A DNA stretch of 64,000 nt, taken from positions 1,984,001 to 2,048,000 of the forward strand of contig JAUFOQ010000006.1 in the NCBI GenBank assembly GCA_040285855.1, read 5' to 3'. Source of the stretch: Eukaryota sp. GEM-RC1 (Eukaryota). The notes below the pieces were generated by a model, which worked only from the letters and a program-made list of their open reading frames with translations, was not told the DNA's origin and ran no database searches. A program made the position numbers and the translations under genes. Numbering within the stretch: position 1 is the first letter of the stretch; every line of letters starts with the position of its first letter. Positions 24,792-38,476 of the stretch are shown here, piece after piece.

Positions 24792-26367
24792 ATGAAGACC
24801 TCTGTTGATAACACGGATCTACACTCCTTAAACCAATCTAGTCTTCCTTCAGGCTTTACTGCCAGTGACTATCTTCACTTGACGACAAAACATCGAAATG
24901 TGCTCAATTCCAGATCACAACAACGTCCTCCTTCTCAGGCTAGCTCTCAAAGAAGTATCACATCAGCTCACTCTAAACAGGATGAACATGAAACTGCTTT
25001 AAGAAAACAAACCATTCAACATGAGGTAGATCGTCTAAGGCAAAGCATGTCTTCTATTCGATCTATGCGTACTAACAACACCCCTCCTTTATCCAGTGTA
25101 AGCCTTAACGCATTTTTCTTCTTCTGTTAGACCACCACCTTCTCCCAGGCTAGCTGCTCTTAATGCATCTGAAGCTGCTCAAAACGCAAAGTCTAACATT
25201 CACTACTCTAACCCCCCAGCTCCTCACTCAATCACCTTTTCAAAGAAAGAAGATCCATCTTCTGCTAATCCTCATAATGATCTTCATGCTGAATCTCTAT
25301 CGTCTTCCTCCCATGATGTCTACTCTAGTCGTACCCCATCACCATCTCCTATCTCATCCAATGCTCCTCCACCTCTCTCTCCACAGCAATTCCCAATGCA
25401 ATCTTCTACTATACCCAAACCGTCTGAGGTCCAACCTTTACCACCTCCACCTCAGAACTTTGCTTTCACTAACCTCTTCAAACGAAAGCCATCAGCTGCT
25501 CCATCAGCTCGTTTCACCAATGCTCTCGCTTCCAGAAAGGGTTCTAGAAGTGCTCCCCTCTTTAATGCTTCAAGCCGTGCTTCTCAACGAAAGCTAGTTT
25601 TTGACAAGAGTGGATCAATGACTCCCACCTCACTAGAATCTACTTCAAAAACTCCTTTATTATCAGATTCTTCAGCAACTAGAGGATTTAATATGGTAAC
25701 TTCTATATTAAGAAACAAACCTTCAGCAGATGGACCAGCTTACACGAAATCAAAATTTAAAAATTTAAAAACTTTGTCGAAAACAGTAATTCCTCAAGAA
25801 TCAGGTAGACGAAGAACTGTCACTGAAGCCAGGGAGTGGCTCTCCGAATCTGTTAAAGACTATGAATCGAGGGTGTTTCAGTCACTGTCGTCTCACGTAC
25901 ACGCTGGAGCTAGGAAAGCTGTTGACCAGGCACGACTTTCCAGGACGACTGAAGGAAATTTGTTGACTTCTGGAGACAGTGACTCTGATTTTGTAGATTC
26001 AGATACAGATAATTTAACTTTGGTACAAACTGTGCCATTAGTGTCATTTCCTAAAGAAGACGAAGCCCCCAAGTATCAAGAAGATCATCCACGTGATCGT
26101 GGTGACGTCATCAACGTTAATAAGGGTCAATCTCAAAAGTTTTTGACTGCTTCAATGGTTGCTTCCCGAAATTACGGTTATACTCTACCACAATCAACTC
26201 TTGTCGATGACGAATCTGATGTTGAAATCGATAATCAGGTCAATAATCATAATCAAGATGAATCAGAAGATCTTGTTGTAAGTGATGGTGAGAAAGTTGC
26301 ATTGTCGGGGTCACACGTGTTCGATTTCCTAATGAAACAACGACTGGACTCTAGTGATAGTGATTAG
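24792..26367 (+). CDS. Hypothetical Ser/Pro-rich protein (intron 25098-25130, probable frameshift)
   Basis: Consecutive ORFs joined by a 33-nt GTAAGC..TAG intron. Confidence 0.55.
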
Positions 26368-26646
26368 TTTAGCTTGTTGATGTAGAGTTGTACTGATTTT
26401 TATTTGTATCAGTTCAATGTTTGCAGTTGTTGTTGGTGTCTTTCTTTTTATTCAAAGAAGTTCATTGTATAGTATTTTAGGAATGATTGGTCATGTATTT
26501 TTAGTCTGTAATTTAGATAAATTATATTATTTGTTCCTGATGCTGTAATCTGTTTTTGCCCATCATTTTGTTTGTGATGCGTAAGAGCCAGATAGGAGTT
26601 ATCGATTAATTCCACCCAGAACGACACAGACAAGACACAAAAAGTA

Positions 26647-26719
26647 CTCCCGCGTAGGGACTCGAACCCTAAATCGTTCGATTAAAAGTCGAACGCGCTA
26701 CCAGTTACGCCACGCGGGA
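26647..26719 (-). tRNA. tRNA-Lys (anticodon UUU)
   Basis: Reverse complement TCCCGCG-TGGCGTAACTGGTAGCGCG-TTCGA CT TTT AA TCGAA-CGATT-TAGGG TTCGAGT CCCTA-CGCGGGA-G folds as a cloverleaf. Confidence 0.95.
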
Positions 26720-27269
26720 ATTGAATTTCTCAGTGCGACCAAAGCAGAAGATGATCAAGACAAATATTCTATTTTCCCGTTACTGAAGAAAAGTTCAACA
26801 TTGTTGACTCAACAACGGTTCTAGAAGAGATCCTGGTCGCAAGATTTCAAATATGATGTATGTATGAATTCTTTGTCTTCAGAAAACAATGACGGTTTTA
26901 CATCATGTTGCTACTACAAGTAACATATTGCCAGTATTGTTTTGAAGTCATCATGCTGATGGACCTGGACCGGCTATTAATTGAGACAGTATCCAACATT
27001 GAGAGTATTTTATGTCCTTCAATTTATTATTCATGGGTTACTGCAATTATGAACAGTTGTAGTTAGATGCAAAGTACCATAACCACCCTTTACACTTTTG
27101 CTTACTGATTTGATGGCAATTCTTTACTTTTCAATGTATATACCTTGTTTTTACTGCTGTAAGTATATACATTGTAGATGTTCATCATACAATCAATCAA
27201 TTTGACTGTGTTCTATTACTAAATTTCAAATTACGAATTGCTTAAACCAATTCCCCTGTTGGTATATCA

Positions 27270-29400
27270 ATGCCCTTATGGCCTCGTAAACGCCCCAAGG
27301 ACTTTCATCGAGATGACAATGTACTTTCCATACCACCTTCCCGTTCTTCCTCTTTCCATACATCTCCACTACGGTCTTCTTCTAGTTCTGCTCTACCTGT
27401 TCCTGTATCCCGTAGTTCATCATTTCACGATTTTTCTCCCGAGTTACTACAAGTCCCTGAACCAGACATGGAAGTTCTATGTCGTATTTGCGAGGATTAT
27501 GTTCCCATCTCTCTTCTTGAAGACCATTCCCGGTATTGCTCTGTTGTTACCCGAGCTGACATGCGTATCTCCTCCTGTGACGAACGTTTAGATAAAATCA
27601 TTGCAGCTATAAACAGAAGAGTCCGAAACCAAAGGCAAACCACCAGTAAACTCCACTCCAGTAGTAGTGATGATCAGTTCCTAGAACGACTTGAAGATGA
27701 CGATGTTGAACTTCTTGAGCAACTATCAGCAACAGCCCTACGAGCTCGCAACCTTTCCGACGACTCTTACTCCTACACCCAACTTCTTGTCTTCAGGGAT
27801 TCCTTCTTAGACCAACTTAAACATTTCCAGACTCGATTCATTAGTAAAAAGACCAGATCATCCCTAACTCTATTCAGTTCAATAGATAGCGATATAGGTG
27901 CTTCAGAATCCACGGCATCTGTCCTCCACTATATTAATCGAGTTGAACGGCTTATTGTTGAAAAACTAGCTGCCGCTGAAACCTCTTCGTCCGTCTCCCC
28001 TATTCTCTCCCCTGCTTCCTCCCGTGGTATTATCTCCCCCATCCCTCGTCATGAACACGTCTCTCCTCTTAGAAAGGACATGTCCAGACTCTCTTCTCCT
28101 GGTACTGACTTCCTTGGCTTTAACCGCGAAGGCTCTCTCACTCAACGATCTCGACCATCTTCTGCTGGCTCTACTTCCTCTCCCCATCGTCTCCCCCTCC
28201 ATCTCAGACTTTGAGATCATTAAACCTATTTCTAGAGGAGCCTTTGGTAGGGTTTTCCTGGCTGTTAAGAAGAGAACTGGGGATACCTATGCTATTAAAG
28301 TACTGAAGAAGGATGATATGGTCAGAAAGAATCAGGTTAATCGGATCAAAACTGAACGTAACATTCTGACCTCTACTGATTGTCCTTTCCTAATCAAGTG
28401 TTACTGGACATTTCAATCATCAAAACACCTCTATATCGTGATGGAATACGTCTCTGGTGGTGATCTCTACTCCCTACTAAACAACGTGGGTCGATTGCCA
28501 GAGGATACAGCAAAGTATTATGTTGCGGAGGTGATTCTTTCCTTGGAGTATCTTCATGCTGTAGGAATTGTTCATCGTGATGTAAAACCTGATAACCTGC
28601 TTGTTTCGGAGGACGGTCACATCAAAATGATTGATTTCGGTCTTTCCCATTACGGAATTGAGACACGGTCGGAACAGAAACCTTCCTTTTCTGACAGTGA
28701 TTCTGATATAGAGATCTCTCAAGCGTCCACTCACAGCAAAGCAAGTGATACCTGTAAAGCAAAACAACGTCGTTTTTCTGTGATTGGAACGCCAGAATAC
28801 CTAGCGCCTGAAATCATTCAAGGATCTGGTCACGATCACTTGGTTGATTGGTGGTCGCTGGGAGTCTTGTGTTTTGAGCTGATATCAGGACTTCCTCCTT
28901 TCGAAGGAGATTCAAAAGAAGAGATCTTTGAGAATATATGCAATCGTAACATCTCTTGGCCTGATGACGTTTCCTTCTCAACTCACGCTGTTTCCTTTGT
29001 CACCTCCCTAATGCAATTAGACACAAGTAAACGTCTGGGTTATAACGGTATTAGTGAGATCAAAGCTCATCCCTTTCTTGCTTCAATTGACTGGGGCACT
29101 CTTCTAACTGAACCTGGTCCTTTCATACCTGTTCTATCTGAAGAACACGATACTTCGTACTTTGATTCGAGGTCACCTCCCCCTGATAGTGAGCCATTTG
29201 GAAGTCCGCAATCACCTCCTTTAGATTGTGGTTCTCCTACTTATGACGATCCGAGGTTTCCGAACTTTGCTTATAAGAATATTCATCATTTGGAGCAAAT
29301 GAATTTAGCTGTGAGTGATGAGTATAGGCGGCGAAAGAGTTTTGTACAGGTGATCTCTTCTGAGGATGATTATGATGATTGTGAATATTACGATATATAG
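27270..29400 (+). CDS. AGC kinase, IRE/Rim15/Greatwall-like (frameshift at ~28195)
   Basis: CRICE..HSRYC zinc finger, then KPISRGAFGRV, HRDVKPDN, DFGLS, GTPEYLAPE and an AGC tail (DTSYF). Confidence 0.88.
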
Positions 29401-30021
29401 TATTTCTTTTAGGAATGCATTTGCGGGTTTTTTTTGAAAAGTGTATTTTTGTTAATTTATTATGATTGTTTGTGTTAATTTATTTCTTTTGCATGTTTAG
29501 TTTATGTATCTTTGTATAAATTTTGTTCATGTTTTTATTTAACTCTTTTCACGTGTTCAATGGTACTTAATGATGACTTCTCCAAAGCTTGACTACCAGA
29601 TCCTTCCATAGGTAAGATTTGATGGTGATAAATGTTGTTTTAATGATATCAAATTTTTGGTTTTGTAATTCATTACCTTATTTAACAGAATGAAATACCA
29701 CAGATAATTCAAGTGATGATTTACTGACGATATTGAAAATATTTAATTTGTTTCAGCTAATTGTTTTGAACTTACACTAACATTGAGCAACAGATTAGTC
29801 ATGCTACAGATAATACTCCATAGAAAACGTCACATTGAGCTGTAAAAATGTACCATAGTTTCTGAGATTCACTGTGTAATTAAGATTAGCTACCGTTTGT
29901 GGTAATAAAACTATAAATTATTTCATTTTAGTAGAATATAAACCATTTCAAAAAATACCATTAAGCTACTAATTAAACCACACCTCTCACAATATTTGAT
30001 TAAACACCTTACTTTTAGTTA

Positions 30022-30939
30022 CTAATACATTGATCTTTGAGGTGGTGGTTGAAGTATCGGAGCTGGTGTCTTTACTTGAATTCCATCTAATTCTGAATTA
30101 CATGTCCATTCACCATTAAAACGTGACCAAACAGATATTCCATCAGAAGTAATAAACAGACTAACACCAGACTGTGACCAACTGACACGTGTCACTGGCG
30201 AAGGCATCGTAACCACCGGAGAACCATCAAACTGACTATCAGAACCACTCCACACGAATACGGAACCATCCTCACTACAAGAAGCCATGAGACGAATGCC
30301 AGGGATGGAATGGGAAGGAGCAAACGACACATCAGTGACAGTGGAGGTATGTTTACATAGTGGTGGGAAGATATTCTTCCAGGAATCGTCGTCTTCCATC
30401 CAAATGTTTATCTTATTGTCCTGACCACCTGTAGCGATGAGAGGAAGTTCATCGTGGAAGGAGAGACATGTACAAGCAGCAGAATGAGCGTAGTACTTTG
30501 AGTGACTAAAGTCTTCCCCAGCTTGCTTAAAAACATGTAAGTAGCCATCTTCTGTAGCTGTGGCGACAATACAAGGATCACTGAGTGACGGAGAATTGAA
30601 AAAACAAACATCGTTTACTATAGAGTCGTGTGAGAATTTAAAGATTGGTTCATAAACTGCAGGGCTGTCTGGTTGTTCTTGAAATATAATAAGGAACCCA
30701 GATTCACCGACAGTGGCAAGATAACCGGACATTGACCATGAAATGCGACGCACTGAAGCAGCATGTCCAGCAAGAGAAGCCAAATGTTGCGGAGGGTTTA
30801 CTGTGATATCTTGAACAAAGACATATCCGTCAGAAGAACATGTAGCGAGTCGAGTTCCAAGTTTATTGACTTGAATATCATTAATCACATCTTTGTGAAG
30901 TGAAGGAAAGTTGTGTAGAGGTCGGTCTGTGTGAGCCAT
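30022..30939 (-). CDS. SEC13: Sec13/Seh1-like WD40 protein
   Basis: HKDVINDIQVNKLGTRLATCSSD, VTDVSFAPS..MASCSEDG, VTRVSWSQSG. Confidence 0.75.
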   Translation of the reverse strand: MAHTDRPLHNFPSLHKDVINDIQVNKLGTRLATCSSDGYVFVQDITVNPPQHLASLAGHAASVRRISWSMSGYLATVGESGFLIIFQEQPDSPAVYEPIFKFSHDSIVNDVCFFNSPSLSDPCIVATATEDGYLHVFKQAGEDFSHSKYYAHSAACTCLSFHDELPLIATGGQDNKINIWMEDDDSWKNIFPPLCKHTSTVTDVSFAPSHSIPGIRLMASCSEDGSVFVWSGSDSQFDGSPVVTMPSPVTRVSWSQSGVSLFITSDGISVWSRFNGEWTCNSELDGIQVKTPAPILQPPPQRSMY

Positions 30940-31013
30940 GTGGTAACAAATGAAATATGTGGTTTTGAAGTTGAGTGTTGGTCAACAAGAAGATCCAATT
31001 CAAAAGAAACAAA

Positions 31014-31459
31014 ATGTCTCGCTCCTATGATACTGCCACACAAGAAGAAGCTCTCTTCTACTCTAGGAAACATCATCTTACTTTTTTAATGCAACATCTT
31101 CTCTCTCGAGTTCTGTTAGAACAACCTGCCAATCCTCGTCAATTTCTTGTCGAAGAACTTGATCGACTTCAGTCTGGTGTTGGTTATTTTTACTGCTCAC
31201 CTTAGACTGGTTATCTTTTCAACATCGACTCCTCGGATTTGGAAACTCTCTACAAGACTTTGGTTCAGACACACACCCCACCAAAAAATCTGCTTTCTGT
31301 AGCTATGAGAGAGCTTGGTTTCTCAAATGCTGATATTGAAGAACATCAGAGTCAGTCCATCCAATCTTGTGAGGAATTTGTCTCTTTTCTGTTTGTTTTG
31401 CTTGTTTTTCGCTAATTACAGTCTCAAATTGATAACTGGAAAGTGGTCTTCGGCATAAT
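31014..31459 (+). CDS. Small RIIa/Dpy-30-like docking-domain protein (short introns)
   Basis: YSRKHHLTFLMQHLLSRVLLEQPANPRQFL; short GT..AG introns downstream. Confidence 0.55.
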
Positions 31460-31835
31460 TCTGTTTATACTACTAACAAATGTTTATTTTTTATTTGTAC
31501 TATATTGATATCGAATTTTACCTCTTTTTTATAAAACACACGGATTAAATTATCTCTACATCAGGTGTTCTATGTATAATATTTGACTTGTGGTAAGATA
31601 ATTTGTTATGTAGGATTACCAACATTGTCGGACTGCGTGAGTCTTCAGTGCGAGACTTTTTTACTTTCCACTGGTTTTCATGATAGAAGCACAGTGGTTT
31701 CTGTTCTTTCAATACCAGAAGAAAGTGTAGGATCATGATGCTGTAAAATATTCGTGATTCACAGGATCTCTTCTCTACAGTAGATACATCAAGATGCTCA
31801 GCCACTCTCTGTAACATACAATTACATACTCCACA

Positions 31836-32378
31836 ATGGTACAGAGTAGACTGAAGAATCGTTTTAGATCCTATGTGCCAACGCCACCATTATCACCAGT
31901 CAATGTGCCTTCCCCTCATCCACACACACCCACGGTTACGTCAGTGAACTTGACCACTCAAAGTCTGGACACTTCTCGACAAAGTGTTGATGTCTTGAAG
32001 AAAACTGAGATGTGCAATTCCTTCATGGAATCGGGACATTGTGTCTTTGGAAATAGTTGTACATTTGCACATCACGCCAGTGAGCTCAGAATGAAAACCT
32101 TCCATAAAAAATACAAGACAACATTATGTCGGGGATTTCATTCCAAAAGTTCGGGATACATTTGCTTATATGGCAAACGGTGCTGCTTCAAACACACAGA
32201 TTACGACGATCGATTAGCAGGAACACCTCATGGAAGGCATTCTGATGTGGCTGTCTTCAGAGCGAAGGACACTATTGTATTGCTTCCAGTGTGTAATGGT
32301 GAGTACAGCGTCCAACCCCTTCAAAAGAAGTCAAATGATCAGCGTCTTCCTATTTTTCAAACACTAACATCAGTGTAG
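31836..32378 (+). CDS. Tandem CCCH zinc-finger (TIS11/tristetraprolin-like) protein
   Basis: KTEMC..C.FGNSC.FAH and YKTTLC..CLYGKRCCFKH. Confidence 0.9.
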   Translation: MVQSRLKNRFRSYVPTPPLSPVNVPSPHPHTPTVTSVNLTTQSLDTSRQSVDVLKKTEMCNSFMESGHCVFGNSCTFAHHASELRMKTFHKKYKTTLCRGFHSKSSGYICLYGKRCCFKHTDYDDRLAGTPHGRHSDVAVFRAKDTIVLLPVCNGEYSVQPLQKKSNDQRLPIFQTLTSV

Positions 32379-32516
32379 TTAGTTATGTACGTATTCCAGA
32401 ATCCAAATAGAATTCAAAAATAAATTGAGCGAATGTAACAGACAATCGGAAGTCATTAGAAGTCATCTAAATTCGTGACACACCAAATCTATCATACCAG
32501 TCATTCATCTCCGATC

Positions 32517-34010
32517 ATGCGCCTAGTAGATTCAACGGATATCAATCCCAGACTCGTCAAAGCAAAGTACGCTGTTAGAGGTGCTGTTCCCATTAGAGCG
32601 GGTGAGATCGAGGCTGATTTAAGAGATCCGGAAAAGGCTAAGAACTATCCCTTTGACAAAGTTATTCACTGCAATATTGGTTCAGTTGCTTCATGTAGCT
32701 TACTTCAGGAAATCCACAGGCGCTGTTACAAGCACCATTAACTTTTCCACGCCAAGTTCTCTCATTAATACTTAACCCCGAACTTGCTGAAACTTGCCCC
32801 GATGCTTTTCCATCCGATGTTGTTGACCGAGCTGGAGATATTCTTGATTCTTTTCCTGGTTACTCTGGTTTGTTAGCTTAGCTTTTTACTTACATAAGGT
32901 GCTTACACTCACTCCCAAGGCTCTTCCACTGTTCGTGAGAGTATCAGAAAGTTCATCAAAGAGCGTGATGGAATTGACGTGTCTGTTAACACCATCTTCT
33001 TAACCAACGGAGCATCTCATGGTGTTGATATGTTGCTTAAGCTCTTGATCCGCTCATCCAACGATGGTATCATGATTCCAATTCCCCAATATCCTTTATA
33101 CTCCGCCACAATTGTCCTTGATGGTGGACATATCATTCCTTATCACCTCAATGAGAAAGCTGGCTGGGGTCTTTGTCTCAAGGAATTACAGAACAACTAT
33201 GATTCATCCGTTGCTGAGGGAATTGATATTCGTGCTATCTGCTGTATCTCTCCTGGAAATCCCACTGGTAACTGCTTACCCAGAGATCAAATTCTTGGTT
33301 TGTTGAAATTCGCTAAGGAACATAATCTTGTTGTCCTCGCTGACGAAGTTTATCAACATAACATTTATGGCGATATTCCATTCCATTCCTTCTTCAGTGT
33401 TGCCGTTGAAGAGAACATTGAAGTTGAACTTGTATCTTTCCACAGTGCCTCTAAAGGTTTCTATGCTGAATGTGGATTGAGATCAGGCTATATGCATCTC
33501 CACAACTTCTCTGATGTGGCCTTCAGCAATCTGTACAAATTAGCTTCCATTGGATTGTGTCCTAACATTTGTGGTCAAATTATCATGGAAACTATTGTAA
33601 ATCCTCCTAAAGAAGGCGATCCATCATACGAGACTTGGATGGAAGAGAAACAAACTCGTTTGATGTCTCTTAAAAGACGAGCCAACAGGATTTCCTCATT
33701 GCTTAATGAACTCCCGGGAATCTCCTGTCAACCCGTATCAGGAGCTTTGTACGCTTTCCCTGCCATTACTCTCCCTGAGAAAGCTGTCCACCACGCTGAG
33801 AAGCTTGGTAGAAGTGCGGATCTTCATTATTGCCTTGAGCTTGTTGAAAAAGCTGGAATTTGTGTTATTCCTGGATCTGGATTCGGCCAGCCTTCTAAAA
33901 ATGGGGTTTATTACTTTAGGACTACTATTCTGCCTCCTGAAGAGTCTTTTGGTGAAGTTATTGACCGTTTTGCCGCATTTCATCAAGATTTCTTGGATCG
34001 ATACCAGTAA
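32517..34010 (+). CDS. Alanine aminotransferase (introns ~32680-32708 and ~32868-32898)
   Basis: YAVRG, CNIG|NP, GAYTHSQG, PIPQYPLYSA, PGNPTG, ADEVYQ, SFHSASKG..ECGLR, PGSGFGQ, FRTTILP. Confidence 0.93.
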
Positions 34011-34174
34011 TTATGTAAGTGTAGAGTTGTTTTATTGAAAATATATTGTTTTATCGTAAATACAAAAGTGTGTTTAAACTGTGCCCAGTCTCTCAAATAG
34101 ACCATTGATTGAGAAAATTGCATTTCTCACTAGAAGAGAGAGTTGTCGTTGGAAAGTCTCAGAAAGGAAACCAA

Positions 34175-36719
34175 TTACTCTGGATTCTCAGAATTTTGTT
34201 CATGTATAGGATTTACAGTTGCCAATACAGGCGATACTCCTTCTAACTTTTGTCTAAACATATTAAGCTTATAGTCGAGTTCTTTTCTTGGAATTTCTCC
34301 TGTAACAACTCCACTCTTAGACTGAGGTCGGAGCCATCGTCCAAAAAGAGTGAGTAAAACAGGGAGGAACAAAAAGGAGACCACAGTGCAAATAGTCATA
34401 ATACACAAAGTGATTTGGAAGAATACCGAAAACAATTGACTTTGAAATGACACACTTATAACTGAAATCAAAGTAGTTGAAGCTCCATGAATAACTCCAG
34501 AGTGTTGGGATACTGAAGCAATAACTCGTTCACGGACAGAATTACCATTAGTCTGAGAGAAGGTGTAGACAATATAAGAAACAAAGTCTACTGCAAAAGA
34601 AATATTAAGTGCAACGAACAAAAAAGTAACAGAATTCAAAGGAATATTAACTAGATAAATGTACAATGAGAACATTCCCTGCACAACTATCAAAGTAAAG
34701 GTAATAGCTAAAGAACCTTTAACAGAACCAAGGACAAAGATAGACAACACGAAACCTGGAAACCATGGCGGCGGCAATATTGATGAAGATGTGGAATTTG
34801 AGAGTTTTGTATTGCTCAAATAATTGAAATTTCTCTGAATACAGCACCCCTTCCAGTCCAGTTTCTTCCAACTTACTCGAGAACTTATCACGCAAGTCAT
34901 TCAGTTGTTGTCCTTTCTCCTCGGTATCTTGAGCTCCTGTTAGCAAGACTCCAAGACGAAGACCAACTAGAGAGGAATCCGAAAGGAGAACATCAACAGC
35001 AAAGTGAGCACCATCAGTAGCCAAGAAGTCTGTGAAAAGTGTGTTAAAGTATTCTGGTTTAGGGAATCCATGAGAATCTAAATACGTCTTGAACTCGTCC
35101 TTCCTCAGGAAATTTAAAAAGGAGTAAACAAGATTAATAGAAGAACTGTTGTCTAGAGTAATACTGGAATCGAGCTCAAGTAGTATCTGGTGAATTGAGT
35201 AGAAAGTATCAGTTGTACCAAGATCGTCACCTGAAAAGACCAACATACCGTTAAACAAATCGTTTTCAAAGTAATCTTGTTCAAACTTCATGAAACTACT
35301 CAAATGACGATCTTCTGATACAAAAATTCGTTGGTCAAGAAAAGTGGAAATTTGGGAATATTTGAAATATCCTACACCAGCTCCAACAAGGAACAATAAA
35401 AAGACGACAACAACGACAAAGGGCAAAGTTATCAACTTTTCAGTAAATATTTCAATAATCCTACCGATTCCCATTCCCCGTTTCTTCTTTCCAGATTCGG
35501 AAGGTTTTGACGTGTACTTTAACATGAACATTAAATCAGCATAACATGACAAAGGGAAAATAGTTACTTGGAGGATGAAGTTAATCAGTAGTGCAGATCC
35601 AGTTACGAAACAGAAAGCTTTAATACCAGGAAGTGGTGAGAGAATAAAAGCAAATAGAAAGGCAAACACCGTGGTGAAAGTAGAAAGAACAATACTACCA
35701 GCTGACGTAAACATGGCTGCGGAGAGTCTTGAACAAGGAGAAGCAAAGGGTGAGGACCTAGCAAGAGCAGAAGAGAACGTAAAGGAATCATCTGAGCCCA
35801 TAGCCAAGACAAGAAGTGGGGAGAAGCCAAGAAGAGAAGTTGTAGTGAAAGAAAGATAATGAGCGAGACCTAGAGCAGCGGTTGATGATGCAGTGATGGA
35901 GAGAAGACATGAAATGGTGGGTACGAAACGGAATCGCAGGGAGACGTCCTTGGAACGACCCATGAAGAAAGCAATGTAGATAGCGAGGAAGACATAGCCT
36001 ATGAGATGATAGTCAGGTCGTAGATAAGATTCAGAAACCTTTTGAGAGATGAATACAGAAGGAGAGGAGATACCAATGGTAAGACCAGAAACTCGTAAGG
36101 AGTCAGATACTAGAGTACTGGAAGAGATGTGGGAGAACAGAGAGTGTTCAAAGGAGGAGACTTGGGGATGGGTGGAGTTAAGGTGGAACTCCATGCGGAG
36201 AGTATGCGCAGATGAAGTGGGTGGTCGTAGGAGTAAGTGAAGAGAAGGGAGAAAGTCTTTGGCTGTTGATACAGGGTCGGGGTCTTCTTCAAAGTCATCT
36301 AAACTGTCCCAAATGGAGGAGAACGAAACAGAGGAGAGAACAGAGATATTACTGAAGGATAGTCCTAAGTCGTGATCAATGAAAGAGGTAATCAATTGTT
36401 GTATTAGTACAGCAGAAGAAAGACGTTGGATTTCAAAACAAGATGATTGGTCAGAGGTGGACAATAGTACTACAAAGTGACGGTGATGAGGGAAAACATC
36501 TTCAATGGATTGGCGATCTGATCTTGTTTGACTATTGAGAGGTAAGAACTCATCAGCAATAGAGGAATTATCTCGTTCTTCAAAGAAGAAGCCGGACCAA
36601 CATGCACATAAGAGAGCAAGAATAAGAAGGCAAGTAAGAAGATAGCGACGGGTCGTAAAGAGCACTAAGCGACTTAAGGCGTTGCTGAGAGCAGTATTGG
36701 GTCTCTCTATCAATCTCAT
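34175..36719 (-). CDS. Patched/NPC1-like sterol-sensing multipass membrane protein (frameshift at ~34760)
   Basis: PLLVLAMGSDDSF, GSIVLSTFT, PGIKAFC, second TM bundle (SFAVDF..GASTT). Confidence 0.8.
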
Positions 36720-38476
36720 GGAAGATGAAGTTTATCGGAATCTTCAAAAAAGCAAATATATGTACCTAGACCAGACTGTATTAACGACTCAATAACATCT
36801 GTTTTGTTTGACAAGATGTCATGTGGTCAGATTAGGCATTTACACAATTCCTTATTGATTGTGATCTACCTATCGAAACTGGATCGTGTGATCTTCTTTT
36901 TTATAACTTTAACAGAGGTCAATCAGTTGGTCTATTAAAAGAATTAAAACGACGTCTTCATCATACATTTTTTAACATCCTTTACCAATTGGCTGGTTTG
37001 TCAAAACCCTCAGGCTGTTGAAAATTGTTCCATTAAAAACAAACACAGTTTACTGTACTAATCTTACAGTTACTTTCAGAAAAGTAGACTTACATCGATA
37101 AGTATAGTTCTGTCCACCATTGTTACTCATACATCTTCTTTGAAATCTATTGCATATCACGTTGAATTAGAGTTATTGTTTAAATATTATACTGCACTGG
37201 CTCACAGGAATTGAATCGTAAAGTTTTTACTGTGGTATGTAACACTGTCACTCTATCATACAACTTTGACACACCATGTGTAGCAATTTTGGCGGTTTTG
37301 TGTGACTTTTACAAAGGGTTCTCTGACAACACGTGTTAACACGCATTTAAATGAATTAGCTGTCAGTTGTGGAGTGTGACCTTATTAATGATAAATAAAT
37401 TTATCACAAAAATGTTGTGAATTTACAAAATTTACTGTGTGTTTACGTTCCCTGGGTTTTACTGTTTTTAAAACAATTCCCCTAATCATCTCCAATGCTA
37501 TACCAGGAGTGAGTTTCGTCTATGAGGATAAAGCTGTATTTAGATTTGGCAGCGATGTGGGTTATTGTACTGATATCAAATTCTACAAGTAGTATGTTAC
37601 ATTTACTAGTAGTTCATTTTTTATAAAATGGTATAATAAGATAAACTAAGATAGGTCTATACCTGAGCATTGTTTTACTATAGTTAAGGAAACGTTTGGA
37701 ATCAATTGTAAACAAAAGACGTTTTTTTATGAACAACTCTCCTAGCATTACCTCCCACTGACTCGTTGAATTCCTGCTGAAATTAATTTTGTTCATGTGG
37801 TTGTTTTTGAAAAGATTCTAGTGATGGCTTGAATTCAAATGATACATTCCTTTAAGTTCGAATGCAACGAGACCGAATCCATACTTAGAACAATTCAAAT
37901 GGATCCTGGACTTTAAGAAAACCTGTATAATTAGATTGGGAATTCTTCTCCTGATCAAAGTGTTATTTATACTCTATTGGAGGCTTAGAATCGGCCCAGC
38001 AGTGTTTTACCTTGTAATCGAACCAAACTGGATCGTTTAACATGCTTAGTTTCTATGTAGAAAAATGCGAATTTAAATACATCCCAAGTTGTAAAACAAC
38101 TACTATGTAAATAATTAAATGTTGATCGGTTAACTGTATTTTCGATATTCTCCCGTGTTCTTTGACTATTACCATGTTAAAAGTGTATTTCGAACATGTA
38201 GGCAAATTCAGAGATATTTTGATGAATAACAATTAATAATCCTAACTTACTCATAAACAGTGTAAATAAAAAATGATCTTAGTGTGACGAAACATGTGTC
38301 ATACGGTGTAAGTCTGTTAAAATAGATATTTAAATGTACTTTATTTTCATTAAGTGTAAGAGATGAAAGCATTCATTCGCACACTGGTAAAGAAAAAACT
38401 TTGTGCCAGTTTGCTTGAAGGAGAACCAAATTCATAGTTTGTTCCTCCATGTAAGCTTTGTGCTGCCACCTGGCGT

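Noticed and set aside
37206..37777. Possible MITE bounded by CAGGAATT...AATTCCTG
   Set aside because: The match is only ~8-11 bp and there is no target-site duplication.
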